A stretch of 37,683 bases of DNA. Origin: Candidatus Iainarchaeum sp. GTDB lineage: Archaea > Iainarchaeota > Iainarchaeia > Iainarchaeales > Iainarchaeaceae. The stretch's first letter is position 1; every line of letters begins with the position of its first letter. The notes beneath the pieces are model-generated. The model was not told the origin of the DNA. It did not search any database and saw only the letters and a program-made list of their open reading frames with translations. The position numbers and the translations under genes were made by a program. The DNA is taken from NCBI GenBank assembly GCA_043812975.1, contig JBDRLP010000020.1, positions 1 through 37,683 of the forward strand. The letters run 5' to 3'. Positions 25,795 to 35,083 of this stretch are shown in pieces.

Positions 25795-25917
25795 CTAATA
25801 CCCTTTTTGCATTTATTTACTGTAATTAACCTATTATCCTATTTAAACTTTTCTATAGCAATGCAGAGGACGTGCCCAAGCTTTTTCGAACATTTATTCC
25901 TCCTTTTTGTGCAAAGC

Positions 25918-25988
25918 CGCAATTCGAATCAAAAACCATTTTTGTAGTTCTAATTTGCTTTTCAAAGTGTATTCAGGTTTGTTGGAAT
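25918..25988 (+). repeat. 71-bp imperfect direct repeat, copy 2
   Basis: Ungapped match to 10066-10136, 59/71 identical. Confidence 0.85.
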
Positions 25989-26024
25989 AACATTTTTATG
26001 GAGTAAGATCATTATTTTGTTAAT

Positions 26025-26426
26025 ATGCCTGTTCGTCCACATCTTCAAAGATTCAGAGAACGCATTAAAATACCTAGAAAGGGAGGCTTTGCAGTAATCA
26101 ATAATTTTTATAAGCGAGTGAATGCATTTTCTGAAGGGGTTTCTCAAGAATTGAGAGTTCAGCCTCCTGAAATTCATTCTTTAGCTGATTTTGAAAAGGT
26201 TAATCGCCGACTTATTAAAATTAGGAAGAAAGTATATGAATTTGGAACAGAAGGCAGGGAATTATATGATGGTTTTGACCCAATATCTAGAACCCAATCC
26301 AGAGGAAAACTAGAGTTTAATAGAATGGAGGACTGTGAACATAGTTTACATACTTGCATAAGATTGATTGAATCCTGGGCCATAAATATTGAACATCAGA
26401 AACGGCGTTTGAGTAGAAATAAATAA
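26025..26426 (+). CDS. Hypothetical helical protein with Arg-rich termini
   Basis: 133-aa ORF filling the gap; MPVRPHLQRFRERIKIPRK start. Confidence 0.6.
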   Translation: MPVRPHLQRFRERIKIPRKGGFAVINNFYKRVNAFSEGVSQELRVQPPEIHSLADFEKVNRRLIKIRKKVYEFGTEGRELYDGFDPISRTQSRGKLEFNRMEDCEHSLHTCIRLIESWAINIEHQKRRLSRNK

Positions 26427-26428
26427 AC

Positions 26429-26848
26429 TTACCTGAATTCGAGTTTTGCCTTGTTTTGGGTTAAGGTTTCGATTGCTTTCTCTAAGTGTTCTGGTGAAGC
26501 TGATAATTTCTTTGAATCATGGGCGTTTATTATTACTTTTATTTTGACCCCGCTTGGTTCATACACTTCATTAACGCCTAATAACCTTACATTGCCTATT
26601 AGGTCTGCAATCACTTTTTTGGAGTTATTTGAATGCTCAACAACTCTTATTTTGGAGTTAAGTTCTTTGCTTAATTCAGCTACAATAATGCCATTTCTGC
26701 CTATTAACGAGCCTATTTTGCCGTTGCATGATATTATTGTGATTTCAGGCAGTTCTATAGCTTTGTGAAAGTCCACGTCTGAGAATAAGAATTTTTTTCT
26801 TGCTTTTTCAAAAGCCTTCTTTACTTTTTCATCCAGTTCTTTTCCCAT
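26429..26848 (-). CDS. KH-domain protein, archaeal NusA-like
   Basis: IGSLIGRNG (GxxG KH loop)...KIRVVE. Confidence 0.75.
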   Translation of the reverse strand: MGKELDEKVKKAFEKARKKFLFSDVDFHKAIELPEITIISCNGKIGSLIGRNGIIVAELSKELNSKIRVVEHSNNSKKVIADLIGNVRLLGVNEVYEPSGVKIKVIINAHDSKKLSASPEHLEKAIETLTQNKAKLEFR

Positions 26849-26885
26849 GGAAATAATAGGAAAAAACTTGTTATAAACTGTTTTT

Positions 26886-27158
26886 TTACTTTTTCAATAG
26901 GATTTCTATTGATGAAACTTTCAGGTTTGTATCATCGTCTGCTTTGAGTTCTTCTGTGTATATTTTGATATCGTGAGCCTTTATTTCATTCATAAATTTG
27001 TTTTTTACTATTTCAGCAACATCAACTGCTCTTGAAATTGCCTTGCCTCTTGCTTTCAGGGTTACTTCTGTGTTTCCCTTGTTCATCTGCATTATTACTG
27101 CCATTACATAAACCATTGTGCTTTTTTTGCCAATGAAAACAGTGTTGTCGTCTCCCAT
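26886..27158 (-). CDS. albA: DNA/RNA-binding protein Alba
   Basis: VFIGKK..M.YV...LKARGKAISRAVDVAEIV...VSSIEI.L. Confidence 0.96.
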   Translation of the reverse strand: MGDDNTVFIGKKSTMVYVMAVIMQMNKGNTEVTLKARGKAISRAVDVAEIVKNKFMNEIKAHDIKIYTEELKADDDTNLKVSSIEILLKK

Positions 27159-27295
27159 TGCTAAAACCCCCGAATAGAATGATTAATGACTGTTAGAGGT
27201 ATATGCACCAAAGTGTTTAAAAGAAATTAGAACTTTTTGAAAGTGATTTTTTTGAATACAAATTTTAAAATACTTCCTAAGCCTTCCTTTTAGCT

Positions 27296-28021
27296 ATGGA
27301 CAGAGGGGAGAGGATTGACAAGGTGATGTCCATGTTTGATGAGCATGGTATTGACTCTTATTACAGGGGAATACTAGTCCATTCCCTGGAAAGATGCGAA
27401 AGCCTGTACCCTGAAACTATTAATAGGATTAAAAGGGCTTTGGAAATATGCGATGCCGGTGGTTTCGCATTTTCTCTTTATTCTAGGCTGAGAGGAGATA
27501 ATAGTTCAATTCCTGAGGGAGTAAACGGTGATCTTGTGCTGACAACTTTTCTTGGTAAGTTGGAACAGGTTAGATTAGTTGCCGAAGGCATTATGAATAA
27601 GGCCCGGAAAGCAGGCCTGAATGTCAAGTTCGGGAGGCTTTCTTTCTTGGCACACCAGCCTTTCCCGGCTTTGATTGTTGGTGATGCTAAGGGCAAATTA
27701 TTCTGGACCGTTTTGGAACCTGAGGGAAAGTCACTGGAGGTTCGCTATATTCAGGGAATTGAGTGTAGGAAATTAAACAAGGAGCCGGATAATGCCATGC
27801 TTTTTAGGCTTCAAGAGGCTTTGAAAAGCATGGGTTATCCTAAATTGAGAGACGGAGTGTTCAATGATATTTGCGGATTAAGCAGGGGAAGATTTAATCA
27901 AGTGCATTATACGAGCCCCCGCGCTGATCGTAGCTTTCACGCTGATCACGGTCCTTTTCATGCCCTTGTAAGGAGGCTGGGTTTAACGAAAACTCCCAGA
28001 CGGGCGACTAGAGTATTATGA
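27296..28021 (+). CDS. Hypothetical protein
   Basis: 241-aa ORF with no recognised motif; Arg-rich C-terminus. Confidence 0.6.
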   Translation: MDRGERIDKVMSMFDEHGIDSYYRGILVHSLERCESLYPETINRIKRALEICDAGGFAFSLYSRLRGDNSSIPEGVNGDLVLTTFLGKLEQVRLVAEGIMNKARKAGLNVKFGRLSFLAHQPFPALIVGDAKGKLFWTVLEPEGKSLEVRYIQGIECRKLNKEPDNAMLFRLQEALKSMGYPKLRDGVFNDICGLSRGRFNQVHYTSPRADRSFHADHGPFHALVRRLGLTKTPRRATRVL

Positions 28022-28073
28022 CCCCGCGCGGTTCCCCGTGTAAACTGAAAAAAAAGAAAAATAGTTGAATTAC

Positions 28074-28955
28074 CTATCGAAGGTAATCCAAGGTTGATTC
28101 AAATATTCCCCTGGTTTTTCCTGGGTTGTAGTTGAAGTAAATGCTTTTTCCTATTACTAGGTTTTTCTCAACTATTCCGACAAACTCTTTTTTGTCCAAA
28201 CTTGAGCTTTCAATAAAAGCAATTTCTTTTCCGTCCACGCCAACATCGAAAACTTCAAAAGTAGCATTTCTCATCGGATCAGCAGGGAAGATTTCGATTC
28301 CTTCCATGATTGGATGATCTTCATCTTGTCTTAGAAGTTTTCCTTGTACAATAAATCTGTTTGTGCAGGTTGGCTGATCGTTAATAACACGGTCACATTC
28401 AACAGGAACTATATCGCCGAAAGTGTTCTTCCATCCGATAACATCATATGTATCAGGCCTTCGTATTCCTGAGTCTTTTACAAGAATGAATTTTCCGCCG
28501 CTTTTAACGAACTTTTCAATTGCTTCTCCGAGTTTCTTAGAAACTTCTTTGTTTGCTTCCTCACTCTGGTCAAGCATTACAATTTCATAATTCGCTAATA
28601 TTTCCCGCGGGTTTCGTTCAAGCGATTGAGTTGTTTTGAGATCATAATCAATTATGTCTCGGTTATCATTAAGTATGTCAACAACTTCTCTGCTTGTAGC
28701 TCCTATAATAAGCATTTTAGTTGGATGTGATCCTGACTGGAAAACATCAACCACTGTTCCTAGAATTGGTGTTGATGGATCAATAACATCAAACCTTACA
28801 GCTAGGAAAAAAGCTATAATTAAGATTAGTATGAGTGGGATTAATCCCTCTAAATGAGTTCCAAATTTTGATTGAAGTGGTCCTCCAAAATCGTCTGCTG
28901 GTGCTGCTCCGCCATCTCCGTTGTCAGGATACATCTTGTTTTTCACCTTCTCCAA
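28074..28955 (-). CDS. Membrane-anchored protein with GATase-like alpha/beta domain
   Basis: TM then YEIVML...IEKFVKSGGKFIL...HPIMEGI...GKSIYF. Confidence 0.6.
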   Translation of the reverse strand: MEKVKNKMYPDNGDGGAAPADDFGGPLQSKFGTHLEGLIPLILILIIAFFLAVRFDVIDPSTPILGTVVDVFQSGSHPTKMLIIGATSREVVDILNDNRDIIDYDLKTTQSLERNPREILANYEIVMLDQSEEANKEVSKKLGEAIEKFVKSGGKFILVKDSGIRRPDTYDVIGWKNTFGDIVPVECDRVINDQPTCTNRFIVQGKLLRQDEDHPIMEGIEIFPADPMRNATFEVFDVGVDGKEIAFIESSSLDKKEFVGIVEKNLVIGKSIYFNYNPGKTRGIFESTLDYLR

Positions 28956-29074
28956 TTAATGTGTTAATATTATTACTTTTCTTTAAACTATTTAAATATA
29001 TATTGTTTTTGAGATAAATAAGTCATTTTTATATATAAACCTTTTCTTCAAGTAATTCATTAGGAGTAATAAAA

Positions 29075-29239
29075 ATGAAGTTTAATAGTTCACCACAAAG
29101 TTCAGGCCCGAGTTCGGCTATTGGAATAATGCGTTTTTTTGACACAGATACAGGGGGTCCAAAAATGAGCCCTGAATTTGTTGTCGGACTTGCAATTGTT
29201 TTCACAGTTGTTGTAATGGCTTTTCACATAATGGGATAG
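29075..29239 (+). CDS. secG: Preprotein translocase subunit Sec61beta/SecG
   Basis: Manual translation: MKFNSSPQSSGPSSAIGIMRFFDTDTGGPKMSPEFVVGLAIVFTVVVMAFHIMG (G.MRFFD...PK.SPE.V + TM). Confidence 0.9.
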   Translation: MKFNSSPQSSGPSSAIGIMRFFDTDTGGPKMSPEFVVGLAIVFTVVVMAFHIMG

Positions 29240-29270
29240 TAATTTATTCCTCTAATGCTAAATACTTATT

Positions 29271-29567
29271 ATGGATGAAATAGCCAAAAAAATAGTTTCC
29301 AGAATAAAGGAAAAATTATTATCTGATTTTCCAAAATTCCTTGAACTGGAAGGAAAAGAAAAATTCTTTTTAGGTGAAGAAATAGATTCTTATTGCACTA
29401 ATGCTTTGGATGAACTTGAAGGCCATGTGGGATTAAGTGAAGATTTCTCAAAATTCATTAACATTCTTTATGGCTGCAAACAGTTATCTGAGTTTGGCGA
29501 ATCATGGGCGCCCACTGAAGAAAAAATTAAAGAATGGTTAGAGTTTTTGAAAAACTTTAATGTTTAA
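29271..29567 (+). CDS. Hypothetical acidic protein
   Basis: 98-aa ORF directly after secG. Confidence 0.6.
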   Translation: MDEIAKKIVSRIKEKLLSDFPKFLELEGKEKFFLGEEIDSYCTNALDELEGHVGLSEDFSKFINILYGCKQLSEFGESWAPTEEKIKEWLEFLKNFNV

Positions 29568-30090
29568 TTTTTTCAGAAATTATTGTCACTAATTGATAAC
29601 CCAAGTCAAAACTCAATAGTGAAAACCAATAAAGTGACTGCATTAAAATAAATGAAATAATAATTGTAATGAAATGACTGGTTAATCTGAATTCTGCAAT
29701 TGTTCCGAGTAATTTATTCAATCCTTTTCCTTTTATTCTGTCGAAGTAATCATTGAATTTTTCGTCAGCAAAAATCGCAATGAATAAAACAAGTGCAATG
29801 AAAATTTCTGGTTTGAAATTTCCTAAGAAAATTATTGTAAAAATAATCATGAACAAACCAATTAAATGTGAAAATGAATCTAATTTTTTTGTAACAGCAA
29901 CCCCTGTAATTACTCCTAAAAAAACCGTTGCTGCGATTTCATTCACCGACATTGCATATCCAAGCAAGAAACCGTAAATGATTCCAAAAATGATTCCAAG
30001 ATAATTTTCTTTTTCAAAAACATCAGAAAACTCGTCTGCAATTTTTACAGTAACTCCTGCAAGAAAAAGAAGAACAAGCAGTTCAATCAT
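29557..30090 (-). CDS. Conserved archaeal multi-TM membrane protein
   Basis: K.ADE..D, KKLDS..H, ADE..ND and FDLGY motifs among hydrophobic helices; ATGA coupling to dys. Confidence 0.7.
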   Translation of the reverse strand: MIELLVLLFLAGVTVKIADEFSDVFEKENYLGIIFGIIYGFLLGYAMSVNEIAATVFLGVITGVAVTKKLDSFSHLIGLFMIIFTIIFLGNFKPEIFIALVLFIAIFADEKFNDYFDRIKGKGLNKLLGTIAEFRLTSHFITIIISFILMQSLYWFSLLSFDLGYQLVTIISEKIKH

Positions 30091-31001
30091 AACAATCCTT
30101 TCTCTTTTAATGCCTTGTAAATAATCGGAAAAGCAATTGTTGCGTCGCAGTTAACATGAACGCTTTTACTTTCTCCTTTTAATTTTCCCCAGCTCTTAGC
30201 TTCTTTAGGTCTTGCACCGCTAAGCGAACCATCAAACTCTTGAGCAGTGGAGATGTAAGTTGCATAATCAAGCCCCTCTCTGACAATGTTAGAACCGATT
30301 ATGTGGTGTTTGGAAATTCCTCCGCCTAAAATAATTGCTCCTGTTTTTTCTGCATTTAAGGCAGAATCAAGAAGTGGTTTCAAATCAGCTGTAACATCAA
30401 TCACAAAATCAGGGTTTTCTTCTTTGAAAAAATGTAACTGTAATCCAAATGCAGCTCCGTCAGTTATTCCTGGGCAGTAAACAGGAATCTTGTTCTTTGC
30501 AGCCCAGTAAAGGAAAGAGCTTTCATCAAGGGTTTCGCCTAGTTTTTTCAATAATTCTGAAGGGCTCCAGATTTTCTTCTCAGAAAGGCACTTTTTAAGA
30601 AAAGGAGTCATTTTTCCTTCTAATTTAGTAAATCCTTCGGATTTAACCAAAACATTCCCTATTCTGTTGTAGCCTTTTTCAAACAATTCACTGTCATCTT
30701 CATTAAAAGTAGCTATTTCGTACTCCTGAAAGGTTCTGATAATATCGTGGTCAATGCTTCCTGAGGTTGTAACAATGGCATCAACAAATTTCTTTTCACA
30801 AAGCTCTTTTATCAAGCCTCTTAAGCCTGTAGCCACTAGGTTTGCAGTAAACCCGAAGTAAATGTAAGCCTTGTCTTTTTTCATTTTTTCAATAGTCTCT
30901 ATTGCTCTTGCTAATTCAGTTGCCTGAAAACCATTAGCTAAAAACCTTTCGTAAAGTTTTCCTTTTCCAAGTTCTTCCGATTTCAAATCTTTTATGTTCA
31001 T
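30087..31001 (-). CDS. dys: Deoxyhypusine synthase
   Basis: GFQAT, TANLV..GLR, NRIGN, LGGGISKHH, FDGSLSGARPKEAKSWGK (catalytic Lys), DATIAFP. Confidence 0.96.
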   Translation of the reverse strand: MNIKDLKSEELGKGKLYERFLANGFQATELARAIETIEKMKKDKAYIYFGFTANLVATGLRGLIKELCEKKFVDAIVTTSGSIDHDIIRTFQEYEIATFNEDDSELFEKGYNRIGNVLVKSEGFTKLEGKMTPFLKKCLSEKKIWSPSELLKKLGETLDESSFLYWAAKNKIPVYCPGITDGAAFGLQLHFFKEENPDFVIDVTADLKPLLDSALNAEKTGAIILGGGISKHHIIGSNIVREGLDYATYISTAQEFDGSLSGARPKEAKSWGKLKGESKSVHVNCDATIAFPIIYKALKEKGLL

Positions 31002-31016
31002 CTAATCACATTAGTT

Positions 31017-33896
31017 TTATTTTTTAAGCTGAATAAAAAATTCCCTATCTAGCACTTTTTCCATTTTTCCTTCCCCTGCGGGGTCAGCAGAGCCAGCAGA
31101 GCTGGAAACAATTTTTGTATTGGTTGATTCCTCAATTTCTTTTTTGTATTTTTTAACAAAACCATTGTCACTGGAACCAAGAGTCATTTCAATCTTATCT
31201 GTTGGATTTAATTTCAGTTGTTTTCTCATGTCCTGTATTTTTCTTCTTAATTCCATTAATTCCCATTCTTCTTTCAATTCCTTGCTTGCATCTAAACTCA
31301 GAAATATTTTTCCTTCTTCGAATTCCTTTGAAGCAAAATTACCTTTTGGTTCTGTTCCTTCTGAAAACTTTTTCACATTTGTCTGCGAAGCAATTATTTC
31401 AATTGTATTTGAAAATTCCTTTTTCTTTCCCACATAAACAAGCTCTTTTAGAGGCCATCTTAATCTCAATTTGTTTTCTTCCCTCAAACTCAGTGTTTCC
31501 TGTGTTAATTCTTTTGCTTTCTGTACTTCTGCTTCAAGTTTTTTATCAATATACTCTTTGTTTCCATTTGGCAGTTCTGTTAAGTGAACTGATTCAGGCA
31601 TTCCGCTGGTTTTTGCGTGCTGGTAAAAGTATTCTGATAAATGAGGAACTATCGGCGCCAGCAATCTTATTAATTCTGAGAACACGTGGCTGAAAACCAC
31701 TGAAACTTCTTTGTCATCATTCTTGACTCTGTCTCTGACTATTTTGATGTAGGTTCTTGAGAATTCCTCAAGAACAAAATTTTCTATAAGCGAAATTGCT
31801 TTTGAATAATTGTAAGTGTTGTAGTGTGCAAGAACTTCTTTGGAAAGAGAATGCATCTTACTCATAATCCATTTGTCTTCTGTTTTCAGGTTTTTTGCAT
31901 TAACCTTTCCGTGTTTCTTTAAATCCAGATCTAAATAGGTTGCTCCGTAGTTGAAAGAATTCCAGAGTACATTAAAGAAACGATTAATTTCTTTGAAAGT
32001 ATCCCAGCTGAACGCCATGTCTTCTCCTTTGAATTCCTGAGCAATATAAAACCTCAAATAATCCCTGTTGTATTTTTCAATTACTTCCTGCGGAGAAACA
32101 ATGTTTCCTGTACTTTTTGACATCTTGATTTTGCTTACATCAAGAACCATTCCATGCATTGCAATGTCTTTGAAAGGTGCTTTGTCAAAACAGATTGTGC
32201 TGCAGATTAATTGTGAGTTCCACCAGCCCCTTATCTGGTCTTTTCCCTCAACATTAAAATCAGCAGGCCAGTATTTTTCAAATTTTTTCTTATTTTCCGG
32301 ATAACCAATACTTCCCCAAGAAGATACTCCTGAGTCAAACCATACATCCATGACTTCTGAAACTCTTTTTACGTTTCCGCCGCATTTACATTTCCATTCA
32401 ATTTTATCAATCCAAGGTTTATGTAAATCCTTTATTTTGCCTTTGTAATGCTTTTCAAGTTCTTTTTGTGAAGCTATAATTGTTCTTGTTTCACATGAAT
32501 CACAAAGCCAGATTGGTAGAGGAGTTCCCCAATAACGCTGTCTTGAAATAGGCCAGTCTCCCAGACTATCAAGCCAGTTTTTGAAACGGTCTTTTCCCCA
32601 TGAAGGATACCAATTAACTCCTTCATTGAGCTTTAACATTTTTTTTCTGATTTCTGTAACTTTGAAAAACCACTGCGGAGTGCTAATCATTAACAATGGG
32701 CTTTTGCATCTCCAGCAGATTGGATAATCATGAGTATAAGGGTGCCTGTAAACCAAAGCATTATCTGCTTCCAAATCTTTGATTATTTCTTCATCCACAA
32801 CTCTTGCTTTTTTTCCTGCATATTTCCCGCCTTCTTCTGTAAACAAACCATTAGTATTTACAATACTAATAACAGGCAAACCTGCTTTGGTTCCTTCATC
32901 ATAATCTTCTTTTCCGCAGCCAGGTGCTGTATGAACTAATCCGGTTCCTTCTTCCAAGTTTACATATCTTTCACTCATTATTACTCTGTAACCGTTTTTA
33001 ATTTCCTCAAGTTTCAAATGCTTTGCCAATGGGTTTTCGTATTCAGTTCCTTCAAGTTCCTTTCCTTTGAATTCTCTTTTAACAGTGTAACCTGCTTCTG
33101 CTGCATCCATCAATTGTTGTAATTTTTCTTTTGCAATTATCCATGTTTCTCCCATTACTTCTGCTTCAACGTAATCGTATTTCGGATTAACCATTATTCC
33201 TGTGTTTGAAGGCAAGGTCCAGGGAGTTGTTGTCCAGATGATTAAGTATTTGTTTTCTTTTCCCTTGACTTTGAATTTTACATAAACAGAAGTGTCTGTT
33301 TGTTTTGTGTACTCAATTTCGTTGTAAGCAACTGCTGTTTCACAATGAGTGCATGCGTGGACTGGATACTTTCCTAAATAAAGTAAACCTTTTTCATCTG
33401 CTTTTTTGAAAGTCCACCAGATTGCTTCAATGTACTCGTTGTTCAGAGTTAAATATGGGTTTTCCCAGTCCATCCATACCCCGAGATTATCAAATTCTTC
33501 GTTCATTATGTCAATGTATTGTGTTGCGAATGTTCTGCATTTTTCAATAAACTTTCCAATGCCGTATTTTTCAATTTCATCTTTTGTTTTTAATCCAAGT
33601 TCTTTCTCAACCTTGTTTTCAATTGGCAAACCATGTGTGTCATAACCCGGCTGGTCCAAAACAGAATAACCCTGCATTCTTTTGTGTCGCATTGTAATGT
33701 CTTTTACAATTTTGTTCAGAGCAGTTCCCATGTGTATGTGTCCTGAAGCATACGGAGGACCGTCCATCAGATAAAAGCCTTTTCCTTTTTCGTTTTGGTT
33801 TCTGGCTTTATCAGCTATTTTATTTTTTACCCAAAACTTTCGGACTTTTTCCTCGTTTTCCAAATTATACTGTTCCAGTTTTTTCATGGTTTTCAC
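31017..33896 (-). CDS. ileS: Isoleucine-tRNA ligase
   Basis: DGPPYASGHIHMGT, WTTTPWTLP, GTGLVH.APG, DWPISRQRYWGTP, EGKDQIRGW, KMSKS. Confidence 0.97.
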   Translation of the reverse strand: MKTMKKLEQYNLENEEKVRKFWVKNKIADKARNQNEKGKGFYLMDGPPYASGHIHMGTALNKIVKDITMRHKRMQGYSVLDQPGYDTHGLPIENKVEKELGLKTKDEIEKYGIGKFIEKCRTFATQYIDIMNEEFDNLGVWMDWENPYLTLNNEYIEAIWWTFKKADEKGLLYLGKYPVHACTHCETAVAYNEIEYTKQTDTSVYVKFKVKGKENKYLIIWTTTPWTLPSNTGIMVNPKYDYVEAEVMGETWIIAKEKLQQLMDAAEAGYTVKREFKGKELEGTEYENPLAKHLKLEEIKNGYRVIMSERYVNLEEGTGLVHTAPGCGKEDYDEGTKAGLPVISIVNTNGLFTEEGGKYAGKKARVVDEEIIKDLEADNALVYRHPYTHDYPICWRCKSPLLMISTPQWFFKVTEIRKKMLKLNEGVNWYPSWGKDRFKNWLDSLGDWPISRQRYWGTPLPIWLCDSCETRTIIASQKELEKHYKGKIKDLHKPWIDKIEWKCKCGGNVKRVSEVMDVWFDSGVSSWGSIGYPENKKKFEKYWPADFNVEGKDQIRGWWNSQLICSTICFDKAPFKDIAMHGMVLDVSKIKMSKSTGNIVSPQEVIEKYNRDYLRFYIAQEFKGEDMAFSWDTFKEINRFFNVLWNSFNYGATYLDLDLKKHGKVNAKNLKTEDKWIMSKMHSLSKEVLAHYNTYNYSKAISLIENFVLEEFSRTYIKIVRDRVKNDDKEVSVVFSHVFSELIRLLAPIVPHLSEYFYQHAKTSGMPESVHLTELPNGNKEYIDKKLEAEVQKAKELTQETLSLREENKLRLRWPLKELVYVGKKKEFSNTIEIIASQTNVKKFSEGTEPKGNFASKEFEEGKIFLSLDASKELKEEWELMELRRKIQDMRKQLKLNPTDKIEMTLGSSDNGFVKKYKKEIEESTNTKIVSSSAGSADPAGEGKMEKVLDREFFIQLKK

Positions 33897-34017
33897 TCGA
33901 TTATATTATTTCTAAATTATCTAATAATAATTGAATTGCATTAATTTTGAAATAATCATTATTGGTTATATAGCTTTAAAAGGCACATTTTTATTAAACT
34001 TAAACAATTTTCTTATT

Positions 34018-34734
34018 ATGGCTAAAACCGCGGTTATTATTCCTGCTTATAATGAGGAAGAGTATATTTCTGATGTTCTGAATTCTGCTCTTAAGTGGCA
34101 TAAAAAAGATCCAAGAAACAGGAGTGTTATTGTAGTTAATGATGGAAGTAAGGATAGAACTGCTGAAATAGCCCGCAAGTCCGGTGCCACTGTTTTGCGA
34201 TCGGATGGTAAAAAAATTTCCAAAGAAGGGCTTAATGGGCCTAATATGGGAAAAGCAGAAGCAGTTAGACGTGGAGTAATTCATGCGGCTTCACAGGGGT
34301 GTTCTGCTATTGTTATGCTTGATGCAGATCTCTCGCCTTTTGAACCAAGAAAAATTGATGAATTAGTAATGCATTTGAATAAGCCAAATGTTGACATGGT
34401 TGTTGCCAAAATAGATTCTGAGGGATCATATTCAAAGTTTAGTGGGCAAAGAGCAATAAAAGTCAGTGCTTTGAGGGGTTTTATTAATGGCGTGGCTAGT
34501 TGGAAAGAGCTTGCTCAAGGTTATGGACTTGAACATGCATTGAATAGTCTTGTTCAAAAAAAAGTGGATAGTAGTTTGCTTTTTGAACAAAAAAGAAAAG
34601 TTAGAAGAACAGATCAAATGGACCGCGAAATGACTAGAACTTTTGGTCTTGCAATACGAAGAAGGTCATACGCAGAAAAATTAGTGGATTCATTAGTCCG
34701 CAGAGTAAATTCATCAATACGCAGACGAAAATAA
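34018..34734 (+). CDS. GT2-family glycosyltransferase
   Basis: IIPAYNEE, VVNDGSKDRT, GKAEA, MLDADL, SGQRA, GYGLE; ATG at 34018. Confidence 0.88.
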   Translation: MAKTAVIIPAYNEEEYISDVLNSALKWHKKDPRNRSVIVVNDGSKDRTAEIARKSGATVLRSDGKKISKEGLNGPNMGKAEAVRRGVIHAASQGCSAIVMLDADLSPFEPRKIDELVMHLNKPNVDMVVAKIDSEGSYSKFSGQRAIKVSALRGFINGVASWKELAQGYGLEHALNSLVQKKVDSSLLFEQKRKVRRTDQMDREMTRTFGLAIRRRSYAEKLVDSLVRRVNSSIRRRK

Positions 34735-34773
34735 AAGCAATATATGAGTAGTTCTACTTTTTTCACTTTTGTT

Positions 34774-35014
34774 GCAAAGTAAATGAGTCAGGCAAAGAGC
34801 CCTTGTCCCATCCGATGAGCATGCACGAATGGGAGTAAGCGGATTTGAACCGCTGACCCTTGGTGTATAAGACCAATGCTCTGACCAGGCTGAGCTATAC
34901 TCCCACAACCGTTGCGTCGGTTGGGTACGCGTCCACCTCGTCTCGCAGAGACTCGGTAGGACTGAAACGTACTGAGATACTGCTCAGGCTCAGTGCTACT
35001 GACTCTTACTTTGC
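34774..35014 (-). ncRNA. Putative structured RNA enclosing tRNA-Ile(UAU)
   Basis: GC-rich flanks; ends pair (9 bp + 7 bp); three leader hairpins; TATA box at about 35030-35039. Confidence 0.55.
34830..34904 (-). tRNA. tRNA-Ile (anticodon UAU), no intron, CCA not encoded
   Basis: GGGAGTA acceptor/TACTCCC-A; D arm GCTC/GAGC; TTGGT-CT-TAT-AC-ACCAA anticodon arm; AGCGG-TTCAAAT-CCGCT T arm. Confidence 0.93.
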
Positions 35015-35083
35015 TATTTTATTGAATTTATTTATATATTAAAAGCACTAAATTAGGTTTAAAAAGGTAAAGAAAAGCTGATT

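Noticed and set aside
25826..25843. TTAACCTATTATCCTATT as an att site closing the lipoprotein array
   Set aside because: Weak AT-rich similarity in a probable promoter region.
26571..26602. att-like fragments (TTAACGCCTA; TAACCTTACATTGCCTATTAG) inside the KH/NusA-like gene
   Set aside because: The spacer is altered, the arm orientation is wrong, and it lies in a conserved coding frame; probably chance.
34830..34904. tRNA as the integration target of the element
   Set aside because: No duplicated tRNA fragment is seen near the integrase, and the att repeats are unrelated to the tRNA.
34812..34998. Hammerhead ribozyme on the plus strand (CCGATGAG ... GAAAC)
   Set aside because: Stem II and the cleavage-site pairing do not form, and the promoter points to the minus strand.
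34714..35042. Short ORFs 34714-34908 and 34860-35042
   Set aside because: They overlap the tRNA and structured RNA, so they are spurious.
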